This document shows positions 28,975 to 38,033 of a stretch of 64,000 nucleotides of DNA, piece after piece (within the stretch, counting starts at the first letter, position 1; every line of letters begins with the position of its first letter). A program made the translations under genes and the position numbers. This stretch comes from a bacterium (lineage in GTDB: Bacteria; Zixibacteria; MSB-5A5; GN15; FEB-12), in the NCBI GenBank assembly GCA_043811375.1, contig JBDRNJ010000006.1, positions 54,296 to 118,295 of the forward strand, given 5' to 3'. A model generated the notes under the pieces. That model saw nothing but the letters and a program-made list of their open reading frames with translations. It searched no databases and was not told the DNA's origin.

Positions 28975-30239
28975 CAGCCTATTGTCTCGATCCCGGCCAT
29001 GTATGACCGGAGAACTTCCGGTATCGTCACCGTGCCGTCGGCATTCTGGTAATTCTCCAGAATGGCGGCTACCAGGCGTGCCAGCGCTACTCCCGAGCCG
29101 TTAAGCGTATGCGGGTGGCGCACCTTGCCGTCCTCATCACGGAAACGACAATTCATCCGCCGGGCCTGGAAATCCTCGAAGTTCGAAACCGTAGAGATTT
29201 CCAGATGCTGTTTTACACCCATCGCCCAGATTTCAATATCGTAAGCTTTAGCCGAGGCAAAAGTCAGATCGCCGGTGCAGAGTTGAACCACACGGTACGG
29301 CAACATAAGTCCCCGGAGCACCTTCTCCGCCTGTGTCAGCAGGGACTCCAGTTCATCGTAGGAGTTTTCCGGTCGAACGATCTTCACCAGTTCCACTTTG
29401 TCAAACTGATGAACCCGCAGCATCCCGCGAGTATCCTTGCCGGCCGCTCCGGCTTCCCGACGAAAACATGGCGTGTGTCCGGCCAGATACAGAGGCAATT
29501 GCTGATAGTTGAGAATCTCATCGCGAAACAGATTGGTCAACGGCACTTCCCCGGTGGGAATCAGGTACATGTTATCTTTGTCGATCCGGTACATGTCATT
29601 TTCCAGCTTGGGCAGTTGCCCGGTGCCAAACATGGCTTCGGCATTGACGATGTAGGGCACGACATGTTCGGAGAATCCGTCGGCAGCGTGCAGGTCGAGC
29701 ATGTAAGCGATTAGCGCTCGATGCAGCCGCGCGCCCATGCCGCTCAGTACATAGAAACCGGAACCAGCCACCCTGGCGGCTGCCGGAAGATGTACAATCC
29801 CCAATTGGCTGCCGATCTCCCAATGCGGCAGAACTTCAAAATCAGCTTCCCTCGGTTCGCCCCAGTGGCGAATCTCCACGTTACCCTCGGTATCGGCACC
29901 GACCGGCACCGATTCATGCGGCAGATTGGGTACCCGGGACAGCTTTGTCCGCAAATGGTCGTCCAGTTCCCGCAGCGTCTTGTCCAGGGTGGCTATGTCC
30001 TGTCCGACTTGTTTCATGGCGGCGATGTCCTCATCAGCCGGTTCGGCCGCCTTTTTCTTACGGGCAATCTCTGCCGTCACCTGATTGCGTTTGGCCCGCA
30101 ACTGCTCAACCCGATTTACGGTCTCACGCCGGCGACCGTCCAGGGCCAGTATTTCATCAATATCGGAATCATCCTTTTTCCTGGCGATGGCCTCTTTGAC
30201 GGCATCCGAGTTTTCCCGGATGAATTTCAAGTCAAGCAT
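28974..30239 (-). CDS. serS: Serine--tRNA ligase
   Basis: MLDLKFIRE, GTGQLPK, FRREAG, RVHQFDKVE, TLNGSG. Confidence 0.98.
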   Translation of the reverse strand: MLDLKFIRENSDAVKEAIARKKDDSDIDEILALDGRRRETVNRVEQLRAKRNQVTAEIARKKKAAEPADEDIAAMKQVGQDIATLDKTLRELDDHLRTKLSRVPNLPHESVPVGADTEGNVEIRHWGEPREADFEVLPHWEIGSQLGIVHLPAAARVAGSGFYVLSGMGARLHRALIAYMLDLHAADGFSEHVVPYIVNAEAMFGTGQLPKLENDMYRIDKDNMYLIPTGEVPLTNLFRDEILNYQQLPLYLAGHTPCFRREAGAAGKDTRGMLRVHQFDKVELVKIVRPENSYDELESLLTQAEKVLRGLMLPYRVVQLCTGDLTFASAKAYDIEIWAMGVKQHLEISTVSNFEDFQARRMNCRFRDEDGKVRHPHTLNGSGVALARLVAAILENYQNADGTVTIPEVLRSYMAGIETIG

Positions 30240-30501
30240 ATGGTTTCCTGTTGTTTACGTGCCTTTCAGTCGGTCGCCAATACAGCGTCCCAGTAACCAT
30301 TATACACCAATGGCAATGTTTAGTCAAACAGAGACCCAAGCGGCCTTACCGGCTGTATCGGTGGGGGAGACCGGCTCGCTGAGATTTATGAGTGGAAGTT
30401 TCCAGTCACGGGGGGGTAGATATTTCTTGCATTTACCGAGAATATATCTTATATGTTAAAATTGGACTGCAAGAGGCTCTGGAATAGAATTGAGGCCTGA
30501 C

Positions 30502-30720
30502 ATGGCAAAAGTATGCGAAATTTGCGGCAAGAAAACAACATTTGGACATAACGTTTCCCACGCCCACAATGTGACCAATCGACGCTGGTATCCGAATCTC
30601 CAATCTGTCCGGGCGTTGGTTAACGGCACCTCCAAGCGGATCAAGGTCTGCACTTCCTGTCTGAAAGCCGGCAAGGTTATCAAACCCAGCTACAAGAAAG
30701 CCCCATCGGGCAAAGCCTGA
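30502..30720 (+). CDS. rpmB: 50S ribosomal protein L28
   Basis: [10 protein letters not shown]...[20 protein letters not shown]...[10 protein letters not shown]. Confidence 0.96.
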   Translation: MAKVCEICGKKTTFGHNVSHAHNVTNRRWYPNLQSVRALVNGTSKRIKVCTSCLKAGKVIKPSYKKAPSGKA

Positions 30721-30864
30721 CCGATTTGGAAGACAGGGTGGGCGGCCGGACGCTCGCGATCCGTAACTTGATTTCCTGAAAAATAAGCGACCGCCAGACC
30801 GATGAGAGGCCTGACGGTCACCCAGGGGGGCTATCCTATAGCTGGGGGAGCAGGTACACTAACG

Positions 30865-31632
30865 TCATGTGCTCAGAAGACCGAGCACCGTTTTAGCGCC
30901 GATATGCGAGTGAGCCCACAGGGAGGCGCTCACCTGAAACTTGACCATCTCACCGATGAAGGAAGCATATTCTTTGGCGTAATCGGTATCACGAAGCACC
31001 GACTCGGCGGCCTGGAGATTTTCGGCTGTTACCTGCAGAGAAGCGCGATGAGTCTCCAACTCGTTTTTCTGAGTGGCGCCCAGATTGACCTGAACCGAAT
31101 CCAGTTCGGCAATCGCGGCATCGATGGTCGCAATCGACTGTTCAGCCGTCTCAGCCGTCGACAGATCAATCCCCTCCAACTCGCTGATATCAGCCAGTGA
31201 TTGCTGTGAACCATCCAGCAGCTTCATACCATTGTATTCAGCACTTCCAAGCATGTCGTTGTAGCTGGAGACAATGTATTGGCCCGTTGTCTCGTAAGCC
31301 TGTTGAGCGCTTTCGGAATTTCCTCCCGAATTGGCGGCGCCAACGGCCAGCGAACGAAGTTCCGATAGTTTGGAACGCATCTCACCGGTATACGACGAAC
31401 CGGTCTCGTACTTGCCGATCGTGGCGGTGGTATTCTCAATTTCCTGGTTCAGCGTGGCTATCTGTGACCGGAGTTGTTCTGAAATGACCAGAACCGCCGG
31501 TCCGTCCGAAGCCCGGTTGATTTTCAACCCTGAAGACAGCTTCTCAAGCGGATTTTTCATACCCAGAAAGTGGGTATTCAAATTTCTGGCCAGTAAAGTG
31601 CTGCCCAGATCAAAACGAACACTCAAGCCCAT
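30865..31632 (-). CDS. Minimal flagellin-like protein (D0/D1 only)
   Basis: LEKLSSGLKINRASDGPA, YNGMKLLDG, LGATQKN, ENLQAAESVLRDTDYAKE; SD AAGGAGG. Confidence 0.88.
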   Translation of the reverse strand: MGLSVRFDLGSTLLARNLNTHFLGMKNPLEKLSSGLKINRASDGPAVLVISEQLRSQIATLNQEIENTTATIGKYETGSSYTGEMRSKLSELRSLAVGAANSGGNSESAQQAYETTGQYIVSSYNDMLGSAEYNGMKLLDGSQQSLADISELEGIDLSTAETAEQSIATIDAAIAELDSVQVNLGATQKNELETHRASLQVTAENLQAAESVLRDTDYAKEYASFIGEMVKFQVSASLWAHSHIGAKTVLGLLST

Positions 31633-31670
31633 TGTAACCTCCTTGCCCGAAATGGCTATTGGTGGAGATG

Positions 31671-31686
31671 AGCATCCACTATGCCG
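31671..31686 (-). promoter_or_regulatory. Putative sigma54 (-24/-12) promoter of the flagellin-like gene
   Basis: Minus strand CGGCAT-AGTGG-ATGCT = GG-N10-GC, about 40 nt upstream of the ATG. Confidence 0.5.
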
Positions 31687-31953
31687 TGCAGTAGAAAAGT
31701 TAACTTATTGTGTGATAAGGCATTGGAATTCCGGGGAATGTAAGGCTGTTTCTTTCGGTGCCGGAGTATGGGCCGCTGCCCATAATGTATGGCACAGAGG
31801 AGACTATCGGGGTTGAGGGAAGCGGTTTCCGGTCGGTCCGTTGTATGGGTCGAGTCAGTCCCCCCGGTCTTTATCGGTGACAGAACCCAAAGGCGCTAAC
31901 CTGTGGCACAGATACGAAGGGGCAAATGAACAGAGATGAAATGGCGGGGCCGA

Positions 31954-32952
31954 TCAGTATTTTTGGCGCCGTTCGACCATGTAGATGGAGCCCTGACGCT
32001 GTTTCGCGGCTTTCTTAAGATCGGCCAGCATCCGGGACAATTCGCCAGCATGCGAGAACTTACCGTTGCCGTTGACTATGACGGCGATTGAGACAGTCAG
32101 GAGAGGAAAATCCTCTATATCGCCCCGGCGGCTACGGGTGGTGATATGCCCGTGCTCGCGATCGTCAGGGTCGTAGCGATAAGGAATCAACGCATCGAAG
32201 GTCTTAATCGTCCAGGTGCAGACAGGATCGATCAGTTGCGGGGGAATCATCATTATGAAATCGTCACCGGCTACGTGACCAACGAAACCCTCGGGGCAGA
32301 GATCGAAAACGACATCCTTGATGATCGCTGCGGTCAACCGTATTACCTTATCACCGGCGGCGTAGCCATAGTAATCATTGTAAGCTTTGAAGTTATCCAG
32401 GTCGGCGTAACAGACGGCAAACTCCGATTTCATGTCGATTTGACGCGTAATCTCCTTTTCAATCGTCGCCGGGCCCGGCAAATGGGTGGATGGATTAACT
32501 GACAGGTCGCGGCGACTGCGTTCGATCACCTTTTTGATACGTACCCGAACCAACTGGTTTTTCCACTCACCGTAGAGAAAATCCTCCACGCCATTTTCAT
32601 AGGCTGCCACCATCAGGCTCGCTTCAGGCTCGGGATGATACAAAATGATGGGGATTATCGACAAAAACGTGTTCTGTTTGATGGCCCGGACCAGTTCAAT
32701 CTCCCCAATGAATTCCGACCTGCCCCCCATCAGGATGGCATCAACCGGGAACCGCTGACAGATGGTTACCAGTTGCTCTATGCGATCAAAGTAATGAGAA
32801 CTGATTTGATTGGGGTGGAAAAACTGCTCCATGTAAAAATCAAGACTTACCCCATCTTGTTTTATGGCAAAGTGATAGTGAGGTTTTCTTGGCCGGTCAG
32901 TCGTCTTTGGACCCGGCCAGTTCTCGAGGATGGTATTTTCTGTGTTCTGCAA
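31954..32952 (-). CDS. Pseudo-receiver plus GGDEF-like domain protein (start uncertain)
   Basis: NPSTHLPG, YADLDNFKAYNDYYGYAAGD, GHVAGDDF; the REC-like N-terminus lacks the phospho-Asp (DAILMGG). Confidence 0.8.
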   Translation of the reverse strand: MQNTENTILENWPGPKTTDRPRKPHYHFAIKQDGVSLDFYMEQFFHPNQISSHYFDRIEQLVTICQRFPVDAILMGGRSEFIGEIELVRAIKQNTFLSIIPIILYHPEPEASLMVAAYENGVEDFLYGEWKNQLVRVRIKKVIERSRRDLSVNPSTHLPGPATIEKEITRQIDMKSEFAVCYADLDNFKAYNDYYGYAAGDKVIRLTAAIIKDVVFDLCPEGFVGHVAGDDFIMMIPPQLIDPVCTWTIKTFDALIPYRYDPDDREHGHITTRSRRGDIEDFPLLTVSIAVIVNGNGKFSHAGELSRMLADLKKAAKQRQGSIYMVERRQKY

Positions 32953-33793
32953 CCAGGTATTCCCGATCTATTGTCGTATATATCTGTGTTGTAGATATAT
33001 CGGCATGACCGAGCATTTCTTGCACGATCCGCAGATCGGCGCCCCCTTCCAGCAAGTGCGTGGCGAAGGAATGGCGAAAGGTGTGGGGGGAGACATTTTT
33101 GCTGATTCCGGCCTTGATTACTCGCCGACGGATCGCCTTGAACAGACCGACCCGGGAATAACGTTTACCCCAACGATTGAGGAAAACATACCGGCTTAGA
33201 GTGTTCTTAAGAACTGCTGCCTGACAGTCCAGATGGGTTTGAACAGCCTTTCCGGCGTAGGTTCCCAGCGGAACCAGTCGCTGGCGGCCACCCTTTCCAC
33301 GGACACGAATAAAGCCGGCCTCGAACTCGATTTCACTTACAGACAGATTGATCAACTCTGAGATTCGCAGCCCGCAACCGTAAAGCAGTTCCACTACCGC
33401 CCGGTCTCTTTTACCCAGTGGAGTTTTGTCGTCGATAGCCGTAATGATACGGTCTATTTCTTCCGGTGAGAGGTAGTGGGGGTGATAACGGGAGATTCTG
33501 GGCGTCGGCAGAGCCGTAAACGGATTCTCCGTGACCAGACCGTGTTCTTTCAGATAGGTAAAGAACTGTTTAAGGCATGAGATTTTACGGGCTACCGTGG
33601 TTGGTTTGCGGCTCGCTGTCATCTGTCGGCGCAGGTAGTCGTTGGCATCTCGCAAAGATATGGTCTCAACACCGGTCTTTCCCGACTGCCGGCAGAACTC
33701 GACCAGATCGCGTTTGTAAGACGATAAACTGTTCGGCGAAAGACCTCTCTCCAGTTTGAGGTGCTGCAGGTAGTCGTCAACATGTGCCAGCAT
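32897..33793 (-). CDS. xerD: Site-specific tyrosine recombinase XerD
   Basis: ERGLSPNS, LLYGCGLRISE, GKGGRQRLVP, SPHTFRHSFATHLLEGGADLR, LGHADISTTQIYT. Confidence 0.92.
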   Translation of the reverse strand: MLAHVDDYLQHLKLERGLSPNSLSSYKRDLVEFCRQSGKTGVETISLRDANDYLRRQMTASRKPTTVARKISCLKQFFTYLKEHGLVTENPFTALPTPRISRYHPHYLSPEEIDRIITAIDDKTPLGKRDRAVVELLYGCGLRISELINLSVSEIEFEAGFIRVRGKGGRQRLVPLGTYAGKAVQTHLDCQAAVLKNTLSRYVFLNRWGKRYSRVGLFKAIRRRVIKAGISKNVSPHTFRHSFATHLLEGGADLRIVQEMLGHADISTTQIYTTIDREYLVAEHRKYHPRELAGSKDD

Positions 33794-33807
33794 TATCAGC
33801 AATTCCC

Positions 33808-34521
33808 TCAGCGACTATGGGCCATAGCCAGCACCGCACAAACGTGGTACCCGCCCTGCTCAAGTTCCCGGCAAGCCTCCCGAGCGGTGGCGCCGCTGGT
33901 AACAACATCGTCGACCAGAATCACTCTGGTCGTTTTCTCACTGGTGTCGGTGACAGTGAAGACGTCACGCACGTTCTTTTCGCGCATGTTAAAGTTGAGT
34001 CGGGCCTGGGGTTTTCGCTTTTCAGTACGATGCAGGATGTCGGTTCTCATCGGTAGCTTCAGGAGTTGTGATATCTGCTCAGCGAACAGGGCCGCCTGAT
34101 TGTAACCCCGACGTCGTTCCCGGCCGGGATAGAGCGGTACCGGAATGACCAGGTCTGCTTTCAGGTCAGACAATTCTTTCTGAAACTGTTCGTAAAGGGG
34201 CGGCGCCAGGAGTGCTGCCGGGGCAGTCAGACCATGAAACTTGAACTGAATGATCACGTCCTGCAAGGGGGAAGTGTAGTTACCGTAGGCATACAGGGGC
34301 ACAGATATTCCTCCGCAGTCGGGGCATGTTTTCCCGGCGGGAAGAGTGGCAAAACAGCCGAGGCAGAGTGGCTGGTTGTAGGTATCAATCAGTTTCCGGC
34401 AGGCCGGGCAGATTCCCTTAGCGTCTTCATCGAATTTGCCACAAGCCAGGCAGAGCGGGGGCAGGATAAAGTCTATCAGCCCTTTCAACAGCGGGCTTTT
34501 TTTAAGAAGCGCAGGAAGCAT
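33808..34521 (-). CDS. comF: ComF family phosphoribosyltransferase-like protein
   Basis: Double zinc ribbon, IPVPL...RRRGYNQA, LVDDVVTSGAT. Confidence 0.92.
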   Translation of the reverse strand: MLPALLKKSPLLKGLIDFILPPLCLACGKFDEDAKGICPACRKLIDTYNQPLCLGCFATLPAGKTCPDCGGISVPLYAYGNYTSPLQDVIIQFKFHGLTAPAALLAPPLYEQFQKELSDLKADLVIPVPLYPGRERRRGYNQAALFAEQISQLLKLPMRTDILHRTEKRKPQARLNFNMREKNVRDVFTVTDTSEKTTRVILVDDVVTSGATAREACRELEQGGYHVCAVLAMAHSR

Positions 34522-34609
34522 GATTTACGGTTCTTCCGTTTGAGGCTCCGATTCCGGACATAGCTGGTGGCATCCACCACATCCGACTGCATAACGCCAA
34601 CCGGGGCTA

Positions 34610-35254
34610 TCAGTCACCAATCTGTTCCAAAAGTTCCCGTGCCTGTGCCGCAGCGCGACCGTTCGGGTCCAGCAACAAATACTCCTGCCAGTGAACACGA
34701 GCCGAGTCGGCTTGTTGCAGGTCATAGAAAACAATGCCTAAGTTGAAATGGGCTATCGAATGCGACGGGTCGGCTTTCAGCACCTTTTGAAATTCCTCGA
34801 TCGCACGATACGGCAGTCCCATTCCGTGCAGGCAGGCGCCGTAATCGACTCGCACATCGCCGAAATCTTCCTGCAATGTCAGGGCTTTTCGGTAGCACTC
34901 GGCGGCCACCGCGAAATCAGCCTGGTCCATAAACTGATTGCCATACTCTACCAGCGCGCCGTAATCGGTCGGCATATTCTGAAGTATCTGTCCGATGTCA
35001 TCCATCTCGTCCGACGTTACGCTGCTGTGCGGCCGGCTCTCTCCGTCGGTGCCCGGCGCCACCGGCAGCGGCTTCTTGAAGATGAAGAACCCGGCCGTGA
35101 TGGCCGTCATCACTACCGCCAGGATCAACCAGTTTCGGCGTCCGGCGGGATGCCTTGTTCTCACTGTTTTGCCGATAGCACCGACAGGTGCTCCACACGC
35201 CGGGCAATGCAGCGCTTTTAAGGGTACTCCCCGACCACATTCCCGGCATCTCAT
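34610..35254 (-). CDS. Zinc-ribbon, transmembrane and TPR protein
   Basis: CRECG..CPACG, one TM helix, three TPR repeats. Confidence 0.75.
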   Translation of the reverse strand: MRCRECGRGVPLKALHCPACGAPVGAIGKTVRTRHPAGRRNWLILAVVMTAITAGFFIFKKPLPVAPGTDGESRPHSSVTSDEMDDIGQILQNMPTDYGALVEYGNQFMDQADFAVAAECYRKALTLQEDFGDVRVDYGACLHGMGLPYRAIEEFQKVLKADPSHSIAHFNLGIVFYDLQQADSARVHWQEYLLLDPNGRAAAQARELLEQIGD

Positions 35255-35326
35255 TCGGACGTATCCTCGTTTTCCCACCGGCCGACGACAGCACATACCG
35301 AAATAGAGATCATCTTCCACTACCCT

Positions 35327-37045
35327 CTATTCGAAGACTACCAACAGAGTCAGTGTGTCTGCGTCGCGAACTACCACTACCTCAGTGCTGTCACCTTTGC
35401 GGAACTTCGACAGGCTGTTCATGTAGTCGTAGATGTCACCAATTTTTATGTCGCCCAGTTTGATAATAATGTCGCCTTCAATCAGCCCGGCCCGGTCGGC
35501 CGGTCGGTCGGGCGTCACACCATCTGCCCGCAATCCCTTTACCTCCGTAATGAAGTCCGGCATGATTCCCAGTGTCACCGATAATGATGCCGGGCGCCGA
35601 CCACCGCCGGGGTCTTTGGTCTTCTGAAAGGTCAGGCTTTCCGGGTAATGGTCGAAGTCGATCACAATCCCGGCGATCAGGTTTGCCACCGAGGCGATGC
35701 CCTCAAAGTCGATTTTGTCGATGTCGTCGGATGGTTTGTGGTAGTCCTGGTGAGCGCCGGTGAAGAACATCAGCGACGGAATCTTTCGATTATAGAAGGA
35801 AGTATGATCGGAAGGCCCGGTGCCCGGCTCCTTGAAAACCATCGTCATATCTCCCTGATCCAGACTGTCGAAGTAGTCCTTGAATTCCGTACACGTTCCG
35901 GTCCCGAATATTGCCAGCCCGTTATCCTGCTCCTTGAGGCGGCCAATCATGTCCATGTTGATCATCATCCGTACTTTCGTGGAATCGATCGTCATGTTCC
36001 GCACAAAATGACCGGACCCCAATAGCCCGGCTTCCTCCCCGGAAAACGCGATGTACACCTGAGAATACTTTACCGAGTCTCTTTTGGCATGGAAGTGTCG
36101 AGCCAGTTCCAGCAGGGCGGCGGTTCCGGAACCGTTGTCGTCAGCGCCGTTGTGGATCAGCTTTTCTTCACCTCGGTAGCGCGAGCTCGGTCCCCCATAG
36201 CCGAGATGGTCGTAGTGAGCGCCGATGATGATGGTGGTATCATTGTCGGTCGGCAGACAACCGATGACGTTATATCCGGTGTCACGTATGGTGACCAACT
36301 CCGTTTCACCGACCGCCGATGCAATTTGCGGCAGAGATAAATCGAGTCCCAGTCGCTCCAGGCCCAGGCGTCGCAGGAAGATTATGGGAATATTCTTCGG
36401 ATTGACTCGAACCGGGCCGAATCCCTGCAGCGTATCATCGTGGTCTTCGGGAGTGATGAAGAATACTCCGGTCACGCCGTGATCGATGGCGGTCTGAATC
36501 TTGGCTGTGAGCGAAGAGTAGCGGCTGAAATCAATAGCAGAATCTTCCGGTGACGACGGAGAGAACCGTTTAATCAGAACCGCCCGCCCGGTGACATCAC
36601 GATTCCGGTAGTCATCATAGTCGCCATCTTCCTCCCCGACCTTTATGCCATAACCGACACTGACCAGGCTGTCAAAGGCAAAGCTCATGCCGGCGGACTG
36701 CTGCATCGGTTGAAACTCTTCATATAACTCCAGTTCGACCCCATTGACGGTCAGACGATTTCCGTCACCGAAGTCAATTCTCTTGATGAAGCCAAAGGCC
36801 TGCAGGTAAGAATTGCTGTCACCAAGGGGAATCAGGCCGGTGGTTTCAAAGACAGTCTTTATGTACCGGGCAGCCTTCCATTCACCGATCTCGCCGACCT
36901 CGCGACCCTCAAGGGAATCATCGGCCAGAACAGAGATGTGATGTTGTATCGAATCGGGTGAGATCAGGTACTCTGCCGACCCGGCATTGATACCAAAGGC
37001 GACAATCGAAATCAGTACCAGCGCGAATAATCTGTAGCAATTCAT
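35327..37045 (-). CDS. M28 family peptidase with PA and PDZ domains
   Basis: GAHYDHLG, GADDNGSG, FSGEEAGLLGS, NMDMIG, SDH, YHKPSDD; C-terminal PDZ (LGIMPD). Confidence 0.93.
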   Translation of the reverse strand: MNCYRLFALVLISIVAFGINAGSAEYLISPDSIQHHISVLADDSLEGREVGEIGEWKAARYIKTVFETTGLIPLGDSNSYLQAFGFIKRIDFGDGNRLTVNGVELELYEEFQPMQQSAGMSFAFDSLVSVGYGIKVGEEDGDYDDYRNRDVTGRAVLIKRFSPSSPEDSAIDFSRYSSLTAKIQTAIDHGVTGVFFITPEDHDDTLQGFGPVRVNPKNIPIIFLRRLGLERLGLDLSLPQIASAVGETELVTIRDTGYNVIGCLPTDNDTTIIIGAHYDHLGYGGPSSRYRGEEKLIHNGADDNGSGTAALLELARHFHAKRDSVKYSQVYIAFSGEEAGLLGSGHFVRNMTIDSTKVRMMINMDMIGRLKEQDNGLAIFGTGTCTEFKDYFDSLDQGDMTMVFKEPGTGPSDHTSFYNRKIPSLMFFTGAHQDYHKPSDDIDKIDFEGIASVANLIAGIVIDFDHYPESLTFQKTKDPGGGRRPASLSVTLGIMPDFITEVKGLRADGVTPDRPADRAGLIEGDIIIKLGDIKIGDIYDYMNSLSKFRKGDSTEVVVVRDADTLTLLVVFE

Positions 37046-37130
37046 GTGAAGTCTTTCCTCATTTTCTCATTCCGGTCAAACCACGAATCCACGTCCGCGA
37101 CGGATATAGAAACAGCGCACGGTACGTCTC

Positions 37131-37883
37131 TCACACGATGGGCAGAACGCCATTGGGGTCGAACTTGTCCTTTACTTTGCGAGAGTATACGGCATCGACG
37201 GAAGTATTGGTTTGTGCGAGGCCGTTTAAGAAATCCTCCCGGCTGACAGCCTTCATTCTCATCGAACTCAACTCGGTCAGGCCCGATTCCGGCATAACGC
37301 GAAACGTTGCGGATACAATCATACCCAGTACCCCCCATGATCCGGAAAAGATCCTGATGATATCATATCCCGATACCGATTTGAAGCAGGTAGAGCCGGG
37401 TTTGATGATGTCTCCTTCGGGCGTGACTATCTCGGCCTTGATAAAGTACTTTTTCAGGGGCAGGTCCCGGCCGTGAAGATCGGCACTCAGGCCGACTGCG
37501 ATTGCTCCCCCCACCGAACTGACACAGGGCAGATTCGAGTGAGGCAAAGCCAGCTTCAACGGCGCCAGTTGCCGGTTGATTTCGCGCAACGGATAGCCGC
37601 CCCCGACCGTGATGTAATAGTTTTGCGCGGCAACCTCCAGCAGCGTATTAAGGCGGTCTGACTGGATGGTGATGATTTCGTCGAAAGCAGGTCCGGTGGG
37701 ACTGATATTGTTGCCGAAGCCGCTGATAAAGACTTTCTGTTGATGCTGGTTGGCCAGCTTGAACAACCCCGCCGCTTCTTCAGCCGTCTCCGGGTGAAAT
37801 GCAGGTACTCCCTTCTGAAAAGTGACTCGGTCGCCGGGGAATTCCGACCTGACTGCGCCCAGAAACTCATCCGATCGGCTCAT
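37131..37883 (-). CDS. FAD-binding oxidoreductase (GlcE/FAD_binding_4-like, short)
   Basis: SSVGGAIA, FKSVSGYDIIRIFSGSWGVLGMI, KDKFDPNGVL. Confidence 0.8.
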   Translation of the reverse strand: MSRSDEFLGAVRSEFPGDRVTFQKGVPAFHPETAEEAAGLFKLANQHQQKVFISGFGNNISPTGPAFDEIITIQSDRLNTLLEVAAQNYYITVGGGYPLREINRQLAPLKLALPHSNLPCVSSVGGAIAVGLSADLHGRDLPLKKYFIKAEIVTPEGDIIKPGSTCFKSVSGYDIIRIFSGSWGVLGMIVSATFRVMPESGLTELSSMRMKAVSREDFLNGLAQTNTSVDAVYSRKVKDKFDPNGVLPIV

Positions 37884-37940
37884 AGTGTCAAGATAACAGT
37901 TGCCGACGCCCTGTCAACGTTAGCCTGTCCGGCTCCGGAT

Positions 37941-37977
37941 AAAAAAAAACCGGGCAGGTGTTGTAAATACCTGCCCG
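37941..37977 (-). terminator. Intrinsic terminator of the dockerin gene
   Basis: CGGGCAGGT/ACCTGCCCG stem with a T9 tail on the minus strand. Confidence 0.8.
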
Positions 37978-38033
37978 ATATAAATTCCGTATTCAGTTTA
38001 CTCACAGCCTCAAAGACTGCTGCCTGGTTCCGC

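Noticed and set aside
31800..31900. Sigma28 promoter or c-di-GMP riboswitch for the flagellin-like gene
   Set aside because: CCGATA-like boxes lack a properly spaced TAAA -35, and no GEMM motif is visible
32897..33793. Tyrosine recombinase as the integrase of a mobile element
   Set aside because: Typical chromosomal XerD sequence within a housekeeping operon, with no att or cargo signs
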